Notes: generated by a model from the sequence alone, not told the origin. Shown: positions 1 to 14,700, counted from the stretch's first letter. The stretch is 64,000 bases of DNA from Anaeramoeba ignava BMAN (GCA_028826165.1 JAPDFW010000063.1:1054001-1118000); one strand, 5' to 3'. Numbers and translations: made by a program.

Positions 1-204
1 ATTGATTCCCATCTTGTAAGTATGATCTCCTGCATTGTGTTCTTGGATTTTCTTTAAATTGGTTTGGAAATTTTTAAACCTTTTTGCTTCTTCTTCTACA
101 CTGTATTGCTTATTGAATTTGGTTTTGAAATGTTGGAAAAGTATTCTTTCGTTTGCGCAACTTGCCACTAAAATGAGAATAGCGAAAAAAACAATTGTTT
201 TCAT
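1..204 (-). CDS. Cathepsin L-like papain-family (C1A) cysteine protease, 5' part (signal peptide + I29 prodomain); runs off window start
   Basis: Manual translation from ATG at 204: MKTIVFFAILILVASCANERILFQHFKTKFNKQYSVEEEAKRFKNFQTNLKKIQEHNAGDHTYKMGIN. Signal peptide, ERFNIN-type motif (E..KRF..F..N...I..HN) and Y.MG.N. Not in the ORF track. Confidence 0.9.
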   Translation of the reverse strand, partial: MKTIVFFAILILVASCANERILFQHFKTKFNKQYSVEEEAKRFKNFQTNLKKIQEHNAGDHTYKMGIN

Positions 205-391
205 TCTTTATTTTTATTTTCCAAATTGAAAAAAAAAAATGAAAATGAAAAAGAAAAAAAAAATAAAAAACTTGCTTATTCAAAAAATAATTTATTTTTA
301 TTTATCAAAGTCAAATTTGTTTTTTTTTAAAAATCCAAAAAAAATCCAAAAAAAAAAAAAGTGGAAAAAATAAATTCTATTTTTTTTTACA

Positions 392-1790
392 ATGATTTCA
401 ACAAGAAAAAAAAGAAAAACAATTCAAACATTATCAATTCATAAAAAGAAATCGAATAAATTAAATAATTTAAATAATCTAAATAATCCAAATAATCCAA
501 ATAATTCAAATAATCTAAATAATCTAAATAATCTAAATAATCTAAATAATCTAAATAATCTAAATAATTCAAATAATCCAAATAATCTAAATAATTTAAA
601 TAATCCAAATAATCCAAATAATTTAAATAATCTAAATAATCTAAATAATCCAAATAATCTAAATAATTTAAATAATCTAAATAATTCAAATAATCTAAAT
701 AATTCAAATAAATCAAATAAATCAAATAATTCAAATTATTCAAATAAATCAAATAATCCAAATAATTCAAATAATTTAAATAATCTAAATAATTCAAATA
801 ATTCAAATAATTCAAATAATCCAAATAATCCAAATAATTCAAATAATTAAAATAAATTAAATAATCCAAATAATTCAAATAATCTAAATAATCCAAATAA
901 TTTTAAATAATCAAATAATCCAAATAATCTAAATAATTTAAATAATTCCAAATAATCAAATAATTTAAATAATCTAAATAATTCCAAATAATCCAAATAA
1001 TTCCAAATAATCCAAATCCAAATAATTCCAAATAATCCAAATAATTCCAAATAATCTAAATAATTCAAATAAATCAAATAATTCAAATAATCTAAATAAT
1101 TCAAATAAATCAAATAATTCAAATAATCTAAATAATTCAAATAATTCAAATAATTCAAATAATCCAAATAATCTAAATAATCCAAATAATTTAAATAATT
1201 TAAATAATTTAAATAATTCAAATAATTTAAATAATTTAAATAATCTAAATAATTTAAATAATTTAAATAATCTAAATAATTCAAATAATCTAAATAATTT
1301 AAATAATCTAAATAATCTAAATAATTTAAATAATCCAAATAATTCAAATAATTTAAATAATTTAAATAATCTAAATAATCTAAATAATCCAAATAATCCA
1401 AATAATTTAAATAATTTAAATAATCTAAATAATCCAAATAATCCAAATAATTTAAATAATTTAAATAATCTAAATAATTCAAATAATCCAAATAATTCAA
1501 ATAATCTTCTAAAAATTGAAAATGAAGAATTAAAAAATATTCTTAAACAAAAAGATTTCCAAATTCAAAAATTTCATCAAGAAACAAAATTACAATTTCC
1601 AACAATAATTCAAGAAAATAGAAAATTAAAACAATTTAATCAAAATCTTAAAGATCAAATTAGTGAAGCAATAATTTTTTATCAAAATAAAATTGTTCAA
1701 ATTTTGAAAAATGAGGAAAAAGTTTTATTAAAACTTCAGGAAGAATTTGAAAGAATGTTATATTTGAAAACCTCTCATTTTTCAAAATGA
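392..1790 (+). CDS. Hypothetical protein: basic N-terminus, very long (Asn-Asn-Leu/Pro/Ser) repeat, C-terminal coiled coil; frame broken within the repeat (~850-1050)
   Basis: ATG 392 gives MISTRKKRKT..., followed by a 9-bp array. After ~1505 a non-repetitive coiled-coil-like segment (LLKIENEELKNILKQKDFQIQKFHQE...KLQEEFERMLYLKTSHFSK*) ends at TGA 1788-1790. The array has no GT on this strand, so it cannot start a GT-AG intron. Confidence 0.55.
460..1507 (+). repeat. 9-bp minisatellite AATAATYYA (~115 units)
   Basis: Units aataatcta/cca/tca/tta read directly; no G on the + strand across the array. Confidence 0.95.
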
Positions 1791-1947
1791 TCAAAAAAAA
1801 TGAAAAATTTAAATGAAAATTTAAGTCTTCCTTCAATTTTGTTTTTCAAATTTACGTTTAGAAATTTGATAATTGTTTCTTGAAGTAAGTAAATTGAAAT
1901 CAAATGAAGTCAAATTAAAAATTTCATTCAAATCACAATTTAAGCGC

Positions 1948-3236
1948 CTATTGTAAATGGGGAAGGACATAAGATTTAAATGCGTGTTCTCCACAAGTTC
2001 CATCACGTAAAGTTCCATGTGTGCAAGGTACTGAGTAAGTATAAAGTTTTTTTTCTTCTTGTAATGTTTTGATTCCCAACCAATCCTCTTTATATGCTTG
2101 TGTGTTGTTATAAGGAATAACATTTAGATTTTCATCATAGAATCCAAATAATTCACTTTCATTAGGATAAACTATTTTATTATTTATAAAAAAAAAACAT
2201 TTATAATATTATTTAAATTGAAATTGAATAATTTCATCTTCAAATTTACCTATTATATCTGCTGTTGCCATAAGCATTGTAAAAGAATCTAAGGAAATTA
2301 AATTTTCTCGATATTTTGGATTTTTTGTTTCCTTTTCATTATTAAGATCTGGAAGGAAAATGGATTTTTCGAGATAAGTATTATAATCAAGAGGGTCTTT
2401 CCAGTACTATTTTAAGTTTCAATATTAAAATTAAAATTAATATTCAAATCAATATTTAATATTTAAATTCAAAATAAAATTAAAATACTTGAGCAAAAGT
2501 AAAAACTTCTTGAACACCAGGAATATAAGCACTTTTTTTTAAAAGTTCATCTAACCATTGTAAATCAATTACAGGAATACCAAAAACACCAGCTTTGGAA
2601 TAAAAAATTAAAATTAATATTAATATTAAAATTATTAAAATTAATATTAAAATTAAAATCAATATTAAAATTAATATTAAAATTGAAATTTAAATTAAAA
2701 TTAAAATTAAAATTAAAATTAAAATTAAAATTAATATTAAAATTATAATTAATATTATAATTAAAAAATTACCATGAGGAGTAGCAAGTGTAATAAAATT
2801 AGCAACTGGAGGAGAGTTATAACGTTCTATATACCCTCGACAAAGTAAACCTCCTTGTGAAAAACCAACAACATTGATTTTTTCAGATTTACTAAGAACT
2901 GGATCAGCTTGAATATTAGCATTAAATTCATCAACTTCTTTGCTCATTTCTCCAATTAAACTATCAATTAAACCATCTCCAATCTATATTTAATTATTAA
3001 AAAAAAAACAAAAAAGAAAATTAAAAAAAGAAAAAATTGGTTTGTTTTTTGTTTATTTTTTGTTTTTGCTATACCTCCATATTAAGAACATAAACATCTG
3101 GTTTAGCAGCTTTTATCCATCCAACAAATTCTGCCATTTTTTCTGCACTTTCTCGACATCCATGCATAACGACTATTGGCCAATCAGCAAGAACAAAAGA
3201 GGAGAAGATTAAAACAATTAAAAATTTAGTAATCAT
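1948..3236 (-). CDS. PPT1: Palmitoyl-protein thioesterase (PPT1-like lysosomal alpha/beta hydrolase), 5 exons
   Basis: Spliced translation: signal peptide MITKFLIVLIFSSFVLA, PIVVMHG, E|IGDG, GFSQGG nucleophile elbow, RGYIERYNSPPV.NFITLATPH, FAQ|YWKDP, FLPDLNNE, Y.EDWLGIK.L, PCTH; stop TAG 1950-1948. GT-AG introns keep the frame. Confidence 0.92.
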
Positions 3237-3354
3237 TTTAAAAAAAAAAAATGAATTTTGAAAATAATTTTGATTTTTTTTTTTCTTTCAAATTTTATTT
3301 GGAAAATTATTATTGAAATGATTATTAAAATGCTTTTCTCTTTTTTTGTTTCTT

Positions 3355-6300
3355 TCACCAATTCCCAAATTTTATTAAAGAATCAATTTTTTCCAAATTA
3401 TCAGATCTTTTTCGATTCCTTGACAAAGTAAAACTTCCACTTCTTCTTCTTCTCGGAGTATTATCTTTACTTCTATTAGAACGATTAACATCAAAAAGAC
3501 TTCTTGACTGGTTCTCATTTGAAACATGAGAAAAAGAAAACAAATTTGAATCATTTGAATCTTTAATCTCAAATGATTGATTTTTTTCATCATTTTCTTT
3601 TATGATTTTGGAAGATGAAAAAATATGTTTTTGCTTTGATTTAACTTTTGGAAAGGAATTCTCGGAATAAAATCCAGGAACATCAGTGACTTGTTTAATG
3701 ATCTTCTTTGCCTTTTTAAGACTTTCTAATTTTTGATAACATTTTTTTCTCTTCTCAACTTCGACTTGATTTTCTTCCAGAAGTTTGTCGAAGTTCTCTG
3801 GCTGATATATGTGCGAGTGTAAAACGGGAAGAAGATTATCTCGAAAATGGTAAACAAGGAAATGCAAGATGGATTTCGGGATTGAGTCCGAAATTTTAGT
3901 CTGGACAATTTCAAAGTAATTTTTCATGAGTTGGTAAATCAGCGTTGCATCTTTTTTCTGGGATTCGCTGAGCTCGCCTACAGACCGTATAACAGACGGA
4001 ACTGGGGGAAGGTCCGTGCTTTTGCGCGCGACTTTGGGCTTAGTCTCGTTTGTCAGGAAAAAATCTTTTGGTCTTTTTTGTGCTGTTATTTGGGTGATTA
4101 AGTCAGTTGGATATTGAAAGTGAGGATGTCCAGTGTTTATATAAGCCGATTCAATTTGCACGAGATTTCGCGCAAACTTCTTTGTTTTCTTCACGAGAAA
4201 TTTGATGAACTGAGAAGACACTTGGAGAACTTGATTTTGTAAATTGTGATATTGACTGAATTCGGGAAGATCTAAACTTTTGATGATTTTGTTTAATTCT
4301 TCAGCAACTTGATCAATGCATTTCAAACAAGGAGTTTCTAGCTTTAATATCTCTCTTGTGATAAGGATCTCAAAAGCCTTCTCAGGCACAAGAAAGTTGT
4401 TGCGTGGTCCTGCGCAATTACGGATTGTGTTGATGATTTCGTGTTTGGAGATTCCCTCTGTAATGTCTATTTCCGACATGAACCGAACAAAAATATCGTT
4501 GAAAATGTAGTTGATCAATGATCCGCCATATAACTTGTTTGTTTCTATTTTGGTTGAGGTTCCGTTGATTGTTTCTGTGTTTTCCTGGCAAAATTTATGA
4601 AGAAGTCGAATGATTTGCTCTCCTTTTGAGTTACTTTTTTCTGTTAATGAATCTCCGCGTAAACTTTCATACTCAAGTTTTGTTTTTGATATTCTTGTTG
4701 ATATTTGTTCTTGGAGAACAGGGATTTGTGCTTTGATGTGATTGATCAAGAGTTCAGAGAGTTGTTCCGAAAGATACTTTGTTCCGCATTTATATGCAAT
4801 TTGTTTGTACTGATTGTGTGTTTCAAAAAAGTTTTTTTCGTTTTCGAGTGATTTTTGGATTGAAATTTTTTGATTAAGATCTTTTTGGCTTCTGTTAACA
4901 ACTGGGATAAATCCTAATTTTAATGAGAGAATTTTTCCCTCTATTAATTCCATTGCGTGTGTTTCTTGGTCCATTAAATCTAGTTTTGTCAATACACACT
5001 TTTTGAATCATATAAATAAATAAATTGAAATAAATTGAAATAAATTAAAATAAATTGAAATAAATGTGGAATAAATAAATGAAAAAATAAATAAAATGGA
5101 ATAAATAAATTGAAATAAATAAATTGAAATAAATAAAAATAAATAAATGTGGAATAAATAAATTAATTGAAATAAATGTAAAATAAATTGGAATAAATAA
5201 ATGTGGAATAAATAAATGTGAAATAAATAAATTGAAATAAATAAATGTGAAATAAATAAATTAAAATAAAAAAATGTGGAATAAATAAATAAATTGAAAT
5301 AAATAAATTGGAATAAATAAATGTAAAAAATAAATAAATAAATAAATGTAAAAATAAATAAATGTGAAATAAATAAATATAAATAAAAAAATAAATAAAA
5401 AATAAATAAATAAATAAAATAAATAAATAAAAAATAAATAAATAAAATTGAAATAAATAAATGTGAAATAAAAAAATGAAAATAAATAAATTGGAATAAA
5501 TAAATAAATGTGAAATAAATAAATTAAAAATAAATAAAATGGAAATAAATAAATTGAAATAAATAAATGTGAAATAAAAATAAATTAAAATAAAATAAAT
5601 AAAATAAAAAATAAAAACAAAAATAAAAAATAAATAAATAAAAATAAATAAATAAAAATAAATAAATGTAAAATAAATAAACGTGGAATAAATAAATAAA
5701 TGGAAAAAATAAATGTAAAAATGAAATAAATAAATGGTGAAATAAATAAATTAGGAATAAATAAATAAATTTTAAATAAATAAATAAAAATAAAATAAAT
5801 GAAAAAATAAATAAATTGAAATAAATAAAATAAATAAATAAAACGTGGAATAAATAAATGTAAATAAATAAAAAATTGGAATAAATAAATGTGGAATAAA
5901 TAATGAAATAAATAAATTGAAATAAATAAATAAATAAAAATAAAAAAAATGGAATAAATAAATGGAAGAAATTGAAATAAATAAATGTGAATAAAAAAAA
6001 ATAAATAAACAAAAAATAAATGGAAATAAAAATAAAATGAAATAAAATAAAATAAAAAATAAATAAAATAAATAAATAAAAATGGAACAAAAATAAATAA
6101 ATGTGAAATAAATAAATAAATGTGAAATAAAATAAATTGAAATAAACAAATTGAAATAAATAAATGTGGAATAAATAAATGTGGAATAAATAAAATGAAT
6201 AAATAAATAAATTAAAATAAATAAATAAAATAAATAAATTAAAATAAATAAAATAAAATAAAAAATAAAATAAATAAATGTGGAATAAATAAATGTAAAA

Positions 6301-8517
6301 ATAAAAATAAAATAAAATAAATTAAAATAAATAAATTTGAATAAATAAAATAAATGTGAAATAAAATAAATAAATGTGAAAAAAAAATAAATGAAATAAA
6401 TAAATGTGGAAATAAATAAATGTGAAAATAAATAAATGTGGAATAAATAAAAAATTGGAATAAATAAATAAATAAATAAATAAATAAATTAAATAAAACA
6501 AATAAAATAAATAAATGAAAATAAAATAAATGAAACAAAATAAAACAAATAAATAAATTGAAATAAATAAATAAATGTGGAATAAAAATAAACTGAAAAT
6601 AAAATAAAAATAAATAAATAAAAATTGAAACAAAATGGAATAAATAAAATAAATAAATATGAAATAAATAAAAAAATGAAAATAAATAAAATGTGGAACA
6701 AATAAATAAATAAATGTAAAACAAAATAAATAAACGTGAAATAAATAAACAAATAAATGTGGAATAAATAAACAAATAAATGAAATAAATAAATAAAAAT
6801 AAATAAACGTAAATAAATAAATGAAAAATAAACGTGGAAATAAATAAATTGAAAAAAACAAACGTGGAAATAAATAAATGTAAAATAAATAAACGTGGAA
6901 TAAATAAATTGAAAAAAAAAAATTGAAATAAATAAACGTGGAATAAATAAATGTGGAATAACAAAAAAATGAATAAATAAATAAAATAAAAAAAAACGTG
7001 GAAATAAATAAACTGAATAAATAAATAAATAAAAAAATAAATAAATAAAATAAATAAATTAAAATAAATAAATGAAATAAATAAATGTGGAATAAATAAA
7101 TGTGGAATAAAAAAAAAAATAAATAAATAAATAAATAAAAAATAAATAAAAAATTGGAATAAAAATAAATAAATGTGGAATTAAAATAAATAAATAAATT
7201 GAAATAAATAAATTGGAATAAATAAATAAATTAAAATAAAAAATAAATAAATATAAAAAAATGTGAAATAAATAAATTGGAATAAATAAATGAAATAAAT
7301 AAATTAAAAATTAAAATGGAATAAATAAAATAAATAAAATGTAAAATAAATGTAAAACAAATATGAAAAAAATAAAAAAAATAAATAAACGTGAAAATAA
7401 ATAAATGTGAAAATAAATAATGTGAATAAAATAAATTAAAATAAATAAAATGGAAAAAAAAAATAAAAAATAAATAAATTGAAAAAAAAAATAAAAAAAT
7501 AAAATAAATAAAAATAAATAAATTAAAATAAATTTGTGGAATAAATAAATAAATAAATGTGAAATAAATAAATTGAATAAATAAATAAATTGAAATAAAT
7601 AAATTGAAATAAATAAATTAAAATAAATAAATAAAAATAAATAAATTAAAATAAATAAATGTGGAATAAATAAATGTGGAATAAATAAATGTGGAATAAA
7701 TAAATTTGAAATAAATAAATATGAAATAAATAAATAAATTGAAATAAATAAAATGAAATAAATAAATTGGAATAAATGGAAATGGTTTTTTAAATTGAAA
7801 TAAATAAATAATATATCTACTAAAGTTCTTTTTCCTTCACTATCAAATTGTTGAGCAGCTTTAATAGCCAAATCATTCGCAATATCTTGATTAGCAGGAG
7901 TAACAACAACAATCAATGCATTTTCATTTCTTAAATAACTAAAAACAATTTCTCGAATTTGATCAACAATTTCTTGAGGTTGATAATTTGTTGGGATATT
8001 TGTTAGTCCAGGAAGATCTACAAGAGTTAATTCAGGTATATTTTTTAAATGAAGCTATTGAAAAAATATAATTTAGAAATGATAAAAAAAAATTGTTTTA
8101 ATTTTTCAATGTGAAAAAAATTTTTTTTGATAAATTTCTTTAAATAGACACAGAAAGATAAATAGGAGATTGAGAAACAGAAAGCTTGGGAGCTAGTCTT
8201 TCAGTTTCTGTTTTTATTTCTTCTTTGATTTCATCAAAATCATAGAAAACTTTTGAATTATGATGAAAAGTTGCAAATTCTTTTTGGTTTGATTGTGGAT
8301 TAATTGGAGAAAGTTGCAAGACAATGGGACAACGAGTAACAATTCCCGTTCCTTGAGGCAGAAAATCTTTGCCTATGATTTTTGTAAGAACAGCGGATTT
8401 GCCTGAGCTTTGACTTCCACACACTACAATTTGAGGTAAATCTAATGGCGGTGATTCCAATTCTGCCATTGCAATTTGTAATTGATTTACAATTTGAATA
8501 ACATTATTATAACTCAT
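3355..8517 (-). CDS. Dynamin-related GTPase (Vps1/Drp1-like), 3 exons (~8517-8153, ~8054-7821, 4998-3355)
   Basis: LPQIVVCGSQSSGKS (G1), GIVTRCP (G2), LTLVDLPG (G3), RTL|CVLTKLDLMD (G4), VVNRSQ, middle domain (YINTGHPHF) and GED (YFEIVQTKISDSIPKSILHFLV). No PH domain. Confidence 0.95.
4999..7820 (-). repeat. 2.8-kb low-complexity intron of the dynamin gene: (TTTA)n with interspersed TTCCAC/TTTCAC
   Basis: Donor GTAGAT at 7820 and acceptor AAAAAG at 5000-4999 join RTL to CVLTKLD in frame. The interior is a degenerate 4-bp repeat. Confidence 0.9.
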
Positions 8518-8728
8518 CTTTTTCTTATTCTTTTTCTTTTTCTTATTCTTTTTCTTATTCTTTTTGTTTTTTTTGAAAAAAAAGAAAAATGAAATTTAAA
8601 AAAAGTGGAACAAAAATTAAAAATTTAAAAAATTCAAAAAGTAATTTAGTTTTGAGAAAAAATTCGTTTTTCTTCTTAATTAATTCGTTTGAAAAAAAGA
8701 AAAAAAATGAAAATAATTGATTGGATGC

Positions 8729-11700
8729 TTATTTCTCTTGATCATCAATTTCATTGATTTGTAAATCATTATCATCATTATCATTATTATCATTATTATC
8801 TTCTTTGTTTTCTTTATTATCTTCTTTGTTTTCTTTATTATTATCATCATCAGAAGAACTTGAATTCTTTTTCAAATTTTCAAGATAACCATGAACATCT
8901 TTATCCAATTTCTCAAATTCATTTTCAATTTTCTTCTCAAATTTATCATCTTTACCAACATTGAAATAACGGTATTTTGCAACTTTTGGATTATTCCGAA
9001 GAGTAATAAGCAAAAGAATTCTCAAAGCAGCTTTCTGTTTATTCAATGCATTGAGATACTCCATATCATTTTTAAAGAAATTCATTGCAATATCGAGTTC
9101 AGACTTAGAAATCTTTGCACAACAACCATCTTTACTAAGAAAGCCTTTTTGAATCTGGCGACGATATTTAAATCCACGAGTTAACCCACGGATAAATAAG
9201 GACACAACTGGGTTATTAAATTTGTGGTCCATTTGCAAAACACTGACATATGATCTGTGTCCCGAATCCAAAATTGACAACGATCCACTTAAAGAAGGTT
9301 GGTCCAATCTCATGAAAAAAGCAAGATTTGCAAACATTAGAACAACCAAACGAATAATTGCCGTTGCAAGTCCGGAAACAATGTTCAAAAAGAGCCAAAT
9401 AAAATCCCAAAGATAGAAAAGTCTTGGATGAACAATTTCTCCGTCGCGAGCAATGAAATATTTGATCAACGCTACAATCACTGCCTTTATTACAACGGAA
9501 AGCAGAATCCCTAATAAAATTGGCCAAAGATGCCTCCAGAGAAACTTTCTTAACGGAGCAAAACCAAGACAAACAATGATTGCCAAGAAAATTAACACAA
9601 AAAGAACAAAAGTAATCCCAGCAAGCCAGCCTTGGATTCCGGAATAGCTTGTTGCTGCGGGTGGTGGCATCGGTTGCCGAAATATCTTGTGACCTTGTCT
9701 CATCCTCATGATCCTTTGGCGGTATAATTTCATAATTAGATACCAAAGAACACCAATAACAGCAGCAGAAAGAACAGAAGAAACGCATATTGCAATTAGT
9801 GAAATTTCGAAGTATTTGTCCACTTTGTCGTTGTCAACTGATCCAAGGAAAGAAACAACTCGTAGAATGTTTTGTGGAAGAAAATCAGATGTTGAATTGA
9901 AATTGAGATCTAGATCAAACGATGTGTGGAAAGCGTTTTCAACTGAATATTTTGATTGTGAAATGAATCCTTGCAAACGAGCCTAATGAATAAATAAAAA
10001 ACAAATGAAATGAAATGAAATGAAATGAGAAAATAAATTGAAATATTTTTTTTTTTCACCTTTTGATCAAAATTGGATCAAAATTCAATCAAAAAGTGAA
10101 AAAAAAAAAATAAGAATTTAAAAATTTACTTCAAGTTCAAGAATTTCTTGTCTCCAAATTATCACTTTATATTTAATGTAACTGTTAATTTTTACAAAGA
10201 TCAAAAACATATAGAAAATAATAAAAGAAGTTAGTGTAATTGCAATGAAAAGTCTTTGAGGATAAAAGAAATCTTTTTTGGTTTCAAATCTAGCATGAGG
10301 ATTTTCTTCACTTGCAAGAAGATCTGAAATTTTGGATTTAACTTTGCCGCCAACACTTTTCATTTTATGACCAAAACGAGTGAGAGCACTTTCTGTTTTA
10401 TTATCTTCTTCTTTTTCCTCAGAATCCTTGTTGATAAAGTTTGTGATAAGTTTTGAAATTTCTTGGTCGTTGAGATCATCAAAATTTTTTTTGCGAATAG
10501 AATCGATTGGAATATCATCATCATTTTCATTGTTGTTGTTGTTATTGTTATTGTTATTGTTTTCGTTTTGTTTATTATCAAGATCAGATTCCAATTCAAT
10601 TTCGTTTTGATTTTTTTTTTCCTTTTCATTTTCTTTTCCTTTTTCTTTTTGATCATCCTCATTTTGATCTTCTTTCCATTTTAATTTTTCAGATTTGAAA
10701 TCAGATTCGAATTTTTCGCGAATCCTTTGCAAAACAAAGAATCTCACAGAACCGATTGGAAGAAGACGACGAACCAAATTTTTGTAGTTCTTCAAACGTT
10801 TGGGACAAAATTCCCACTTATTTGGATCTGCCCAGAGATTAACAATAATAAGGAACCAAAGTAAACCAACAGAAAAAAGAGTGACTAGAGTCAGGATAAT
10901 AAGAGAAGTAATAACATATCCGTTTTTAAGAAGAGAATCCTTGGAATTACCCCAAATGGTTCCTACAAGAACCAAAATGAATATTGAAACACCGAATGGA
11001 AGAAGCATTCCCCAGCGACGATTTTGTCTCTCAGAATTTCCAAAGAAAGGGAAAAGCATGATCAAAGTTGCCAAGATGATTAAACCCTTGAGCTTTTTGA
11101 AGCCTGATAAATCTGGGGAAGAGGGATCATGAACATTGAATTTTTGTGATTTTTGTGACTCAATCCCATCGACAATGAAAATGAGTTCGTAATCTTGGGT
11201 TGAACCACTTGTGATTTTAAGATCTGTGAACCTGTAGTAACCACCAGGCTCGGAAACAGGACCACCTGATGAAGTACTAATAGTGCCATGCTGAACAGTC
11301 TTTACTGTTATTGTTTTGTGTTCCATTCCTTTGTTGTCGTGATCGAGAACCAGAATCAGAGGTTGGTCAGGAAGTTTTTCATCAAGTTCAACAAAGTCGT
11401 TTGAACCAATACCTGGTTGTTCGATAATAAGTACTTGTGCGACTGGATTGAACACACTGAACGAGTCTGTGTCTTTTGATTGGACACCATCTGATGTGAA
11501 ATATATTGTATATTTATAATCAGGTTTTCCAGCAATTGCCTTAAGTTCAAATTTTGCGATTCCATATCCATCAGTTGTTTCAACAGAACGCGAAACATCA
11601 AGTGCAAAATTTCCTTTAGCAGCATTTTCACCGACAACTGCTGTGATACCTTTATAAGGAAGAGGAGCTCCGCTTTTGATAAATGCCTGAACAGCAACTT

Positions 11701-14700
11701 GTCCTCCAATCACTTCGCTTCCCACATAAAAATCAGATGTTGCTGGGAAAGGAATTCCAATGGTGATATTCGGACTGGGTTGAATCAAAATCTCGAGTTT
11801 ATCAACAGTGTTTGTGAGTTCGATTTCCATTATATTGCTATTAATTCCATCGCAAGTAAAGACAATCTCATATACACCCAAAGAAACGTTAGTGTAGAAG
11901 TACATGCTATCCAGTATTACTCTTCCTGTTACATCTGTTTCGCCAAAGTAGTTTTCCATGTATAGATCGATTGTTTTATCTCCTGAACCAGCAGGCTTAC
12001 TTGAAAATTTTGCCATCACAAGTGCTCCACTCAAAGGCGAACTATTCACATCAAAAACAGTCACAACAGGTGATGTATAGAATATAACACCTGGAGATGC
12101 TGCAGAAGGAAGTCCTGTCAGAGTTATATGATCCACTAATGTTGTTGCGTTGATTCCTTGATTCGAACAATTTCGGATCATCGGGCTTGTTAGATCTGAT
12201 GAATTGTAGAAACTAAAACAGATAATATATGTTCCAGGTTCAGTTACCGATCTGAATCTCAAATTAGTGAATGTTGCTTTTCCCGCGCTATCTGATTTGG
12301 AACTTACTGCAACTGTATAAATATTGTCAGTATAAAGTGATCCAGTTTCGTTCGTTTCTGCTACAACAAAAACATTTGGAACTCCTCCTCCTGTAGAATT
12401 TAGTATATATACCTCTGGTTGTTGATCAAATATTTTTCCAGAAATTACTGGTTGACTGCTATCATTTGGTGGAATAGTGATTGCAATGATCTCTACTGGT
12501 GCATATGCAATTATTGTTGGTAGTACGTGAGTGAAAACACCTCCAACTCTTAGAATAAGTGAGTATTCTCCGGGATAAAGTAATTGTAAATCTGTGATGT
12601 TTAGAGTACCTGTATCTGTATTAAATAATATTTTTATTTGAATTTGATTTGAATTTAATTTTTATTTGATTTTGATTTGAATTTTATTTGAATTTTATTT
12701 TGATTTGATTTGAATTTGATTTTGATTTTGATTTGATTTTAAATTTGATTTGAATTTAAATTTGAATTTGAATTTGAATTTGAATTTGAATTTGAATATT
12801 TTTATTTGAATTTGATTTTGATTTGATTTTAAATTTGATTTGAATTTGAATATTACCTGAACAATTTACTTTAACTGGATTGCGATAAAACTTCATATCA
12901 CCAGGAACATTAAATTGATTGTCAGGAGTTATCAAATCCTCACTAGGTCCAATCGAAATAGTAATCCAAGCATAAATAAGATATAAAGGAAACTCCATTG
13001 TAATTACATCAACATAATACTCTCCTTTTTGATTAGGATCAGAATCATTAACTTGAACAATAATTGGCTGAGAAAAACCTTTTGCAATTTCAACGTGAGT
13101 TTCAGGAACTTGAACAACGATATTTTGAATATTATTTGTGAGATGGACTGTAAACTCAGTTAAACAATCAAACTCAACATTTGAAGTTTTCCAATGATAA
13201 CTTTCTTCAAGATTAAGAGCATACACAAAAAAATAACCAGCTCCAGTATATCCACTAAAAAAAACATTTGTGAAATTAGCTTCTCCATATTCATCAGTTA
13301 CATTATCAGCTTCTAAAGGAAACATAAAAGAAGTTGGCACAAAATTGTCAAATGTTTCAACAAATAATTGTGTTCCTGTTCGGATAGTTTGATTTGCAAG
13401 TGGTCTTCCTCGGAAATCAAGCACTTTGACTGTCATGTTAAATGGTTCATCAACTCCAACATGAAAAGGTTTACTTAAATAATCTGTGAAGTTTCCCGAT
13501 TTGAAGTATAACTGGGAACATCTAGTAGTACTACTATTTCCAAGCGTTATATTGATCCAATCAGATTCCACAATTAATTCATCACAATAAGCCACTAATT
13601 TTAGCCTTGTTTTACTTGAATTATAAAGGGACACAATTCGCAGATACGGAAATGAAATGATTCCATCAAGATCAGAAACACTGTATTTTCCATCTACTCT
13701 AATTTCACTCATATCATCAATGCTACTTATATTTCCATCTTCTGGAAGAGCTAATATCCATGCAAATTTCCCTGCTACTGGATTCTCATCTTTGTCTGTT
13801 ACTCTTAGCATTGGAGATGGTGTGAACATTCCATAAAGATCACTTAAATTTTGTTTCTCTGAGTATTGCCATCCATCAAGCAATGATGATTCAGTTGAGT
13901 TTTGAAGCCATACCATTTTCGTAACTGATGATAAAATCCAAAAATTAGTGCTTTCTTCTGATTCAACTCCATCACATATAAATGATAATGTGTAAGCTGT
14001 GCTGTTATCTTCTGTATTGTTACTTGTTCCCTCAACTCCGACAGTTAAATTTTCAAATTGCACTCTATTATTTGAATATTATTATTATTATTATTTTTAA
14101 TATTATTATTATTTATTTGAATATTATTATTTGAATTTTATTTGAATATTATTATTATTATTTATTTGAATATTATTATTTGAATATTATTTGAATATTA
14201 TTATTATTATTTTTATTTGAATATTATTATTATTAAATTTTATTTGAATATTATTATTAAATTTTATTTGAATATTATTATTAAATTTTATTTGAATATT
14301 ATTATTATTAAATTTTATTTACTCTCCTTGTGCATCCGTTTTTCCACTAATAACGTTTAAAAGATTTTTGACATATTCATTATCTAGCTCAGATACATCT
14401 GATACAATTTCTCCCATTTTTTTTTTAAATCTCGCAAAAACAATTTTGTTTGGAATTCCTTCACCTCCAGAATTTGTTACTCGAATTTTTGGTTGAGGTG
14501 AAAATGGAACACCTTCAGTTACATTTTCTGAAGGTTGAATAATGATTTCAACATTGGAAACTATAAAAACAAAAGCATATCAAAACATTAAAATTTGAAT
14601 ATTTAAATTGTGTGTTCTTCTTTTACCATCCGTTGAAAATATAACTGGTTGGCCATAAGTTCCAATTCCTGTTTGATTATTTGTATAATAAACCCAATTA

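Noticed and set aside
387-1500. Minus-strand (YLD/YLN)n ORFs
   Set aside because: Antisense reading of the 9-bp array; the unique flanks make protein-like sense only on the + strand.
1833-2123. 96-aa minus-strand ORF
   Set aside because: Alternative frame over the last PPT1-like exon.
5524-7800. F/I/Y/L-rich 'membrane protein' ORFs
   Set aside because: They lie within the dynamin intron and are translations of (TTTA)n.
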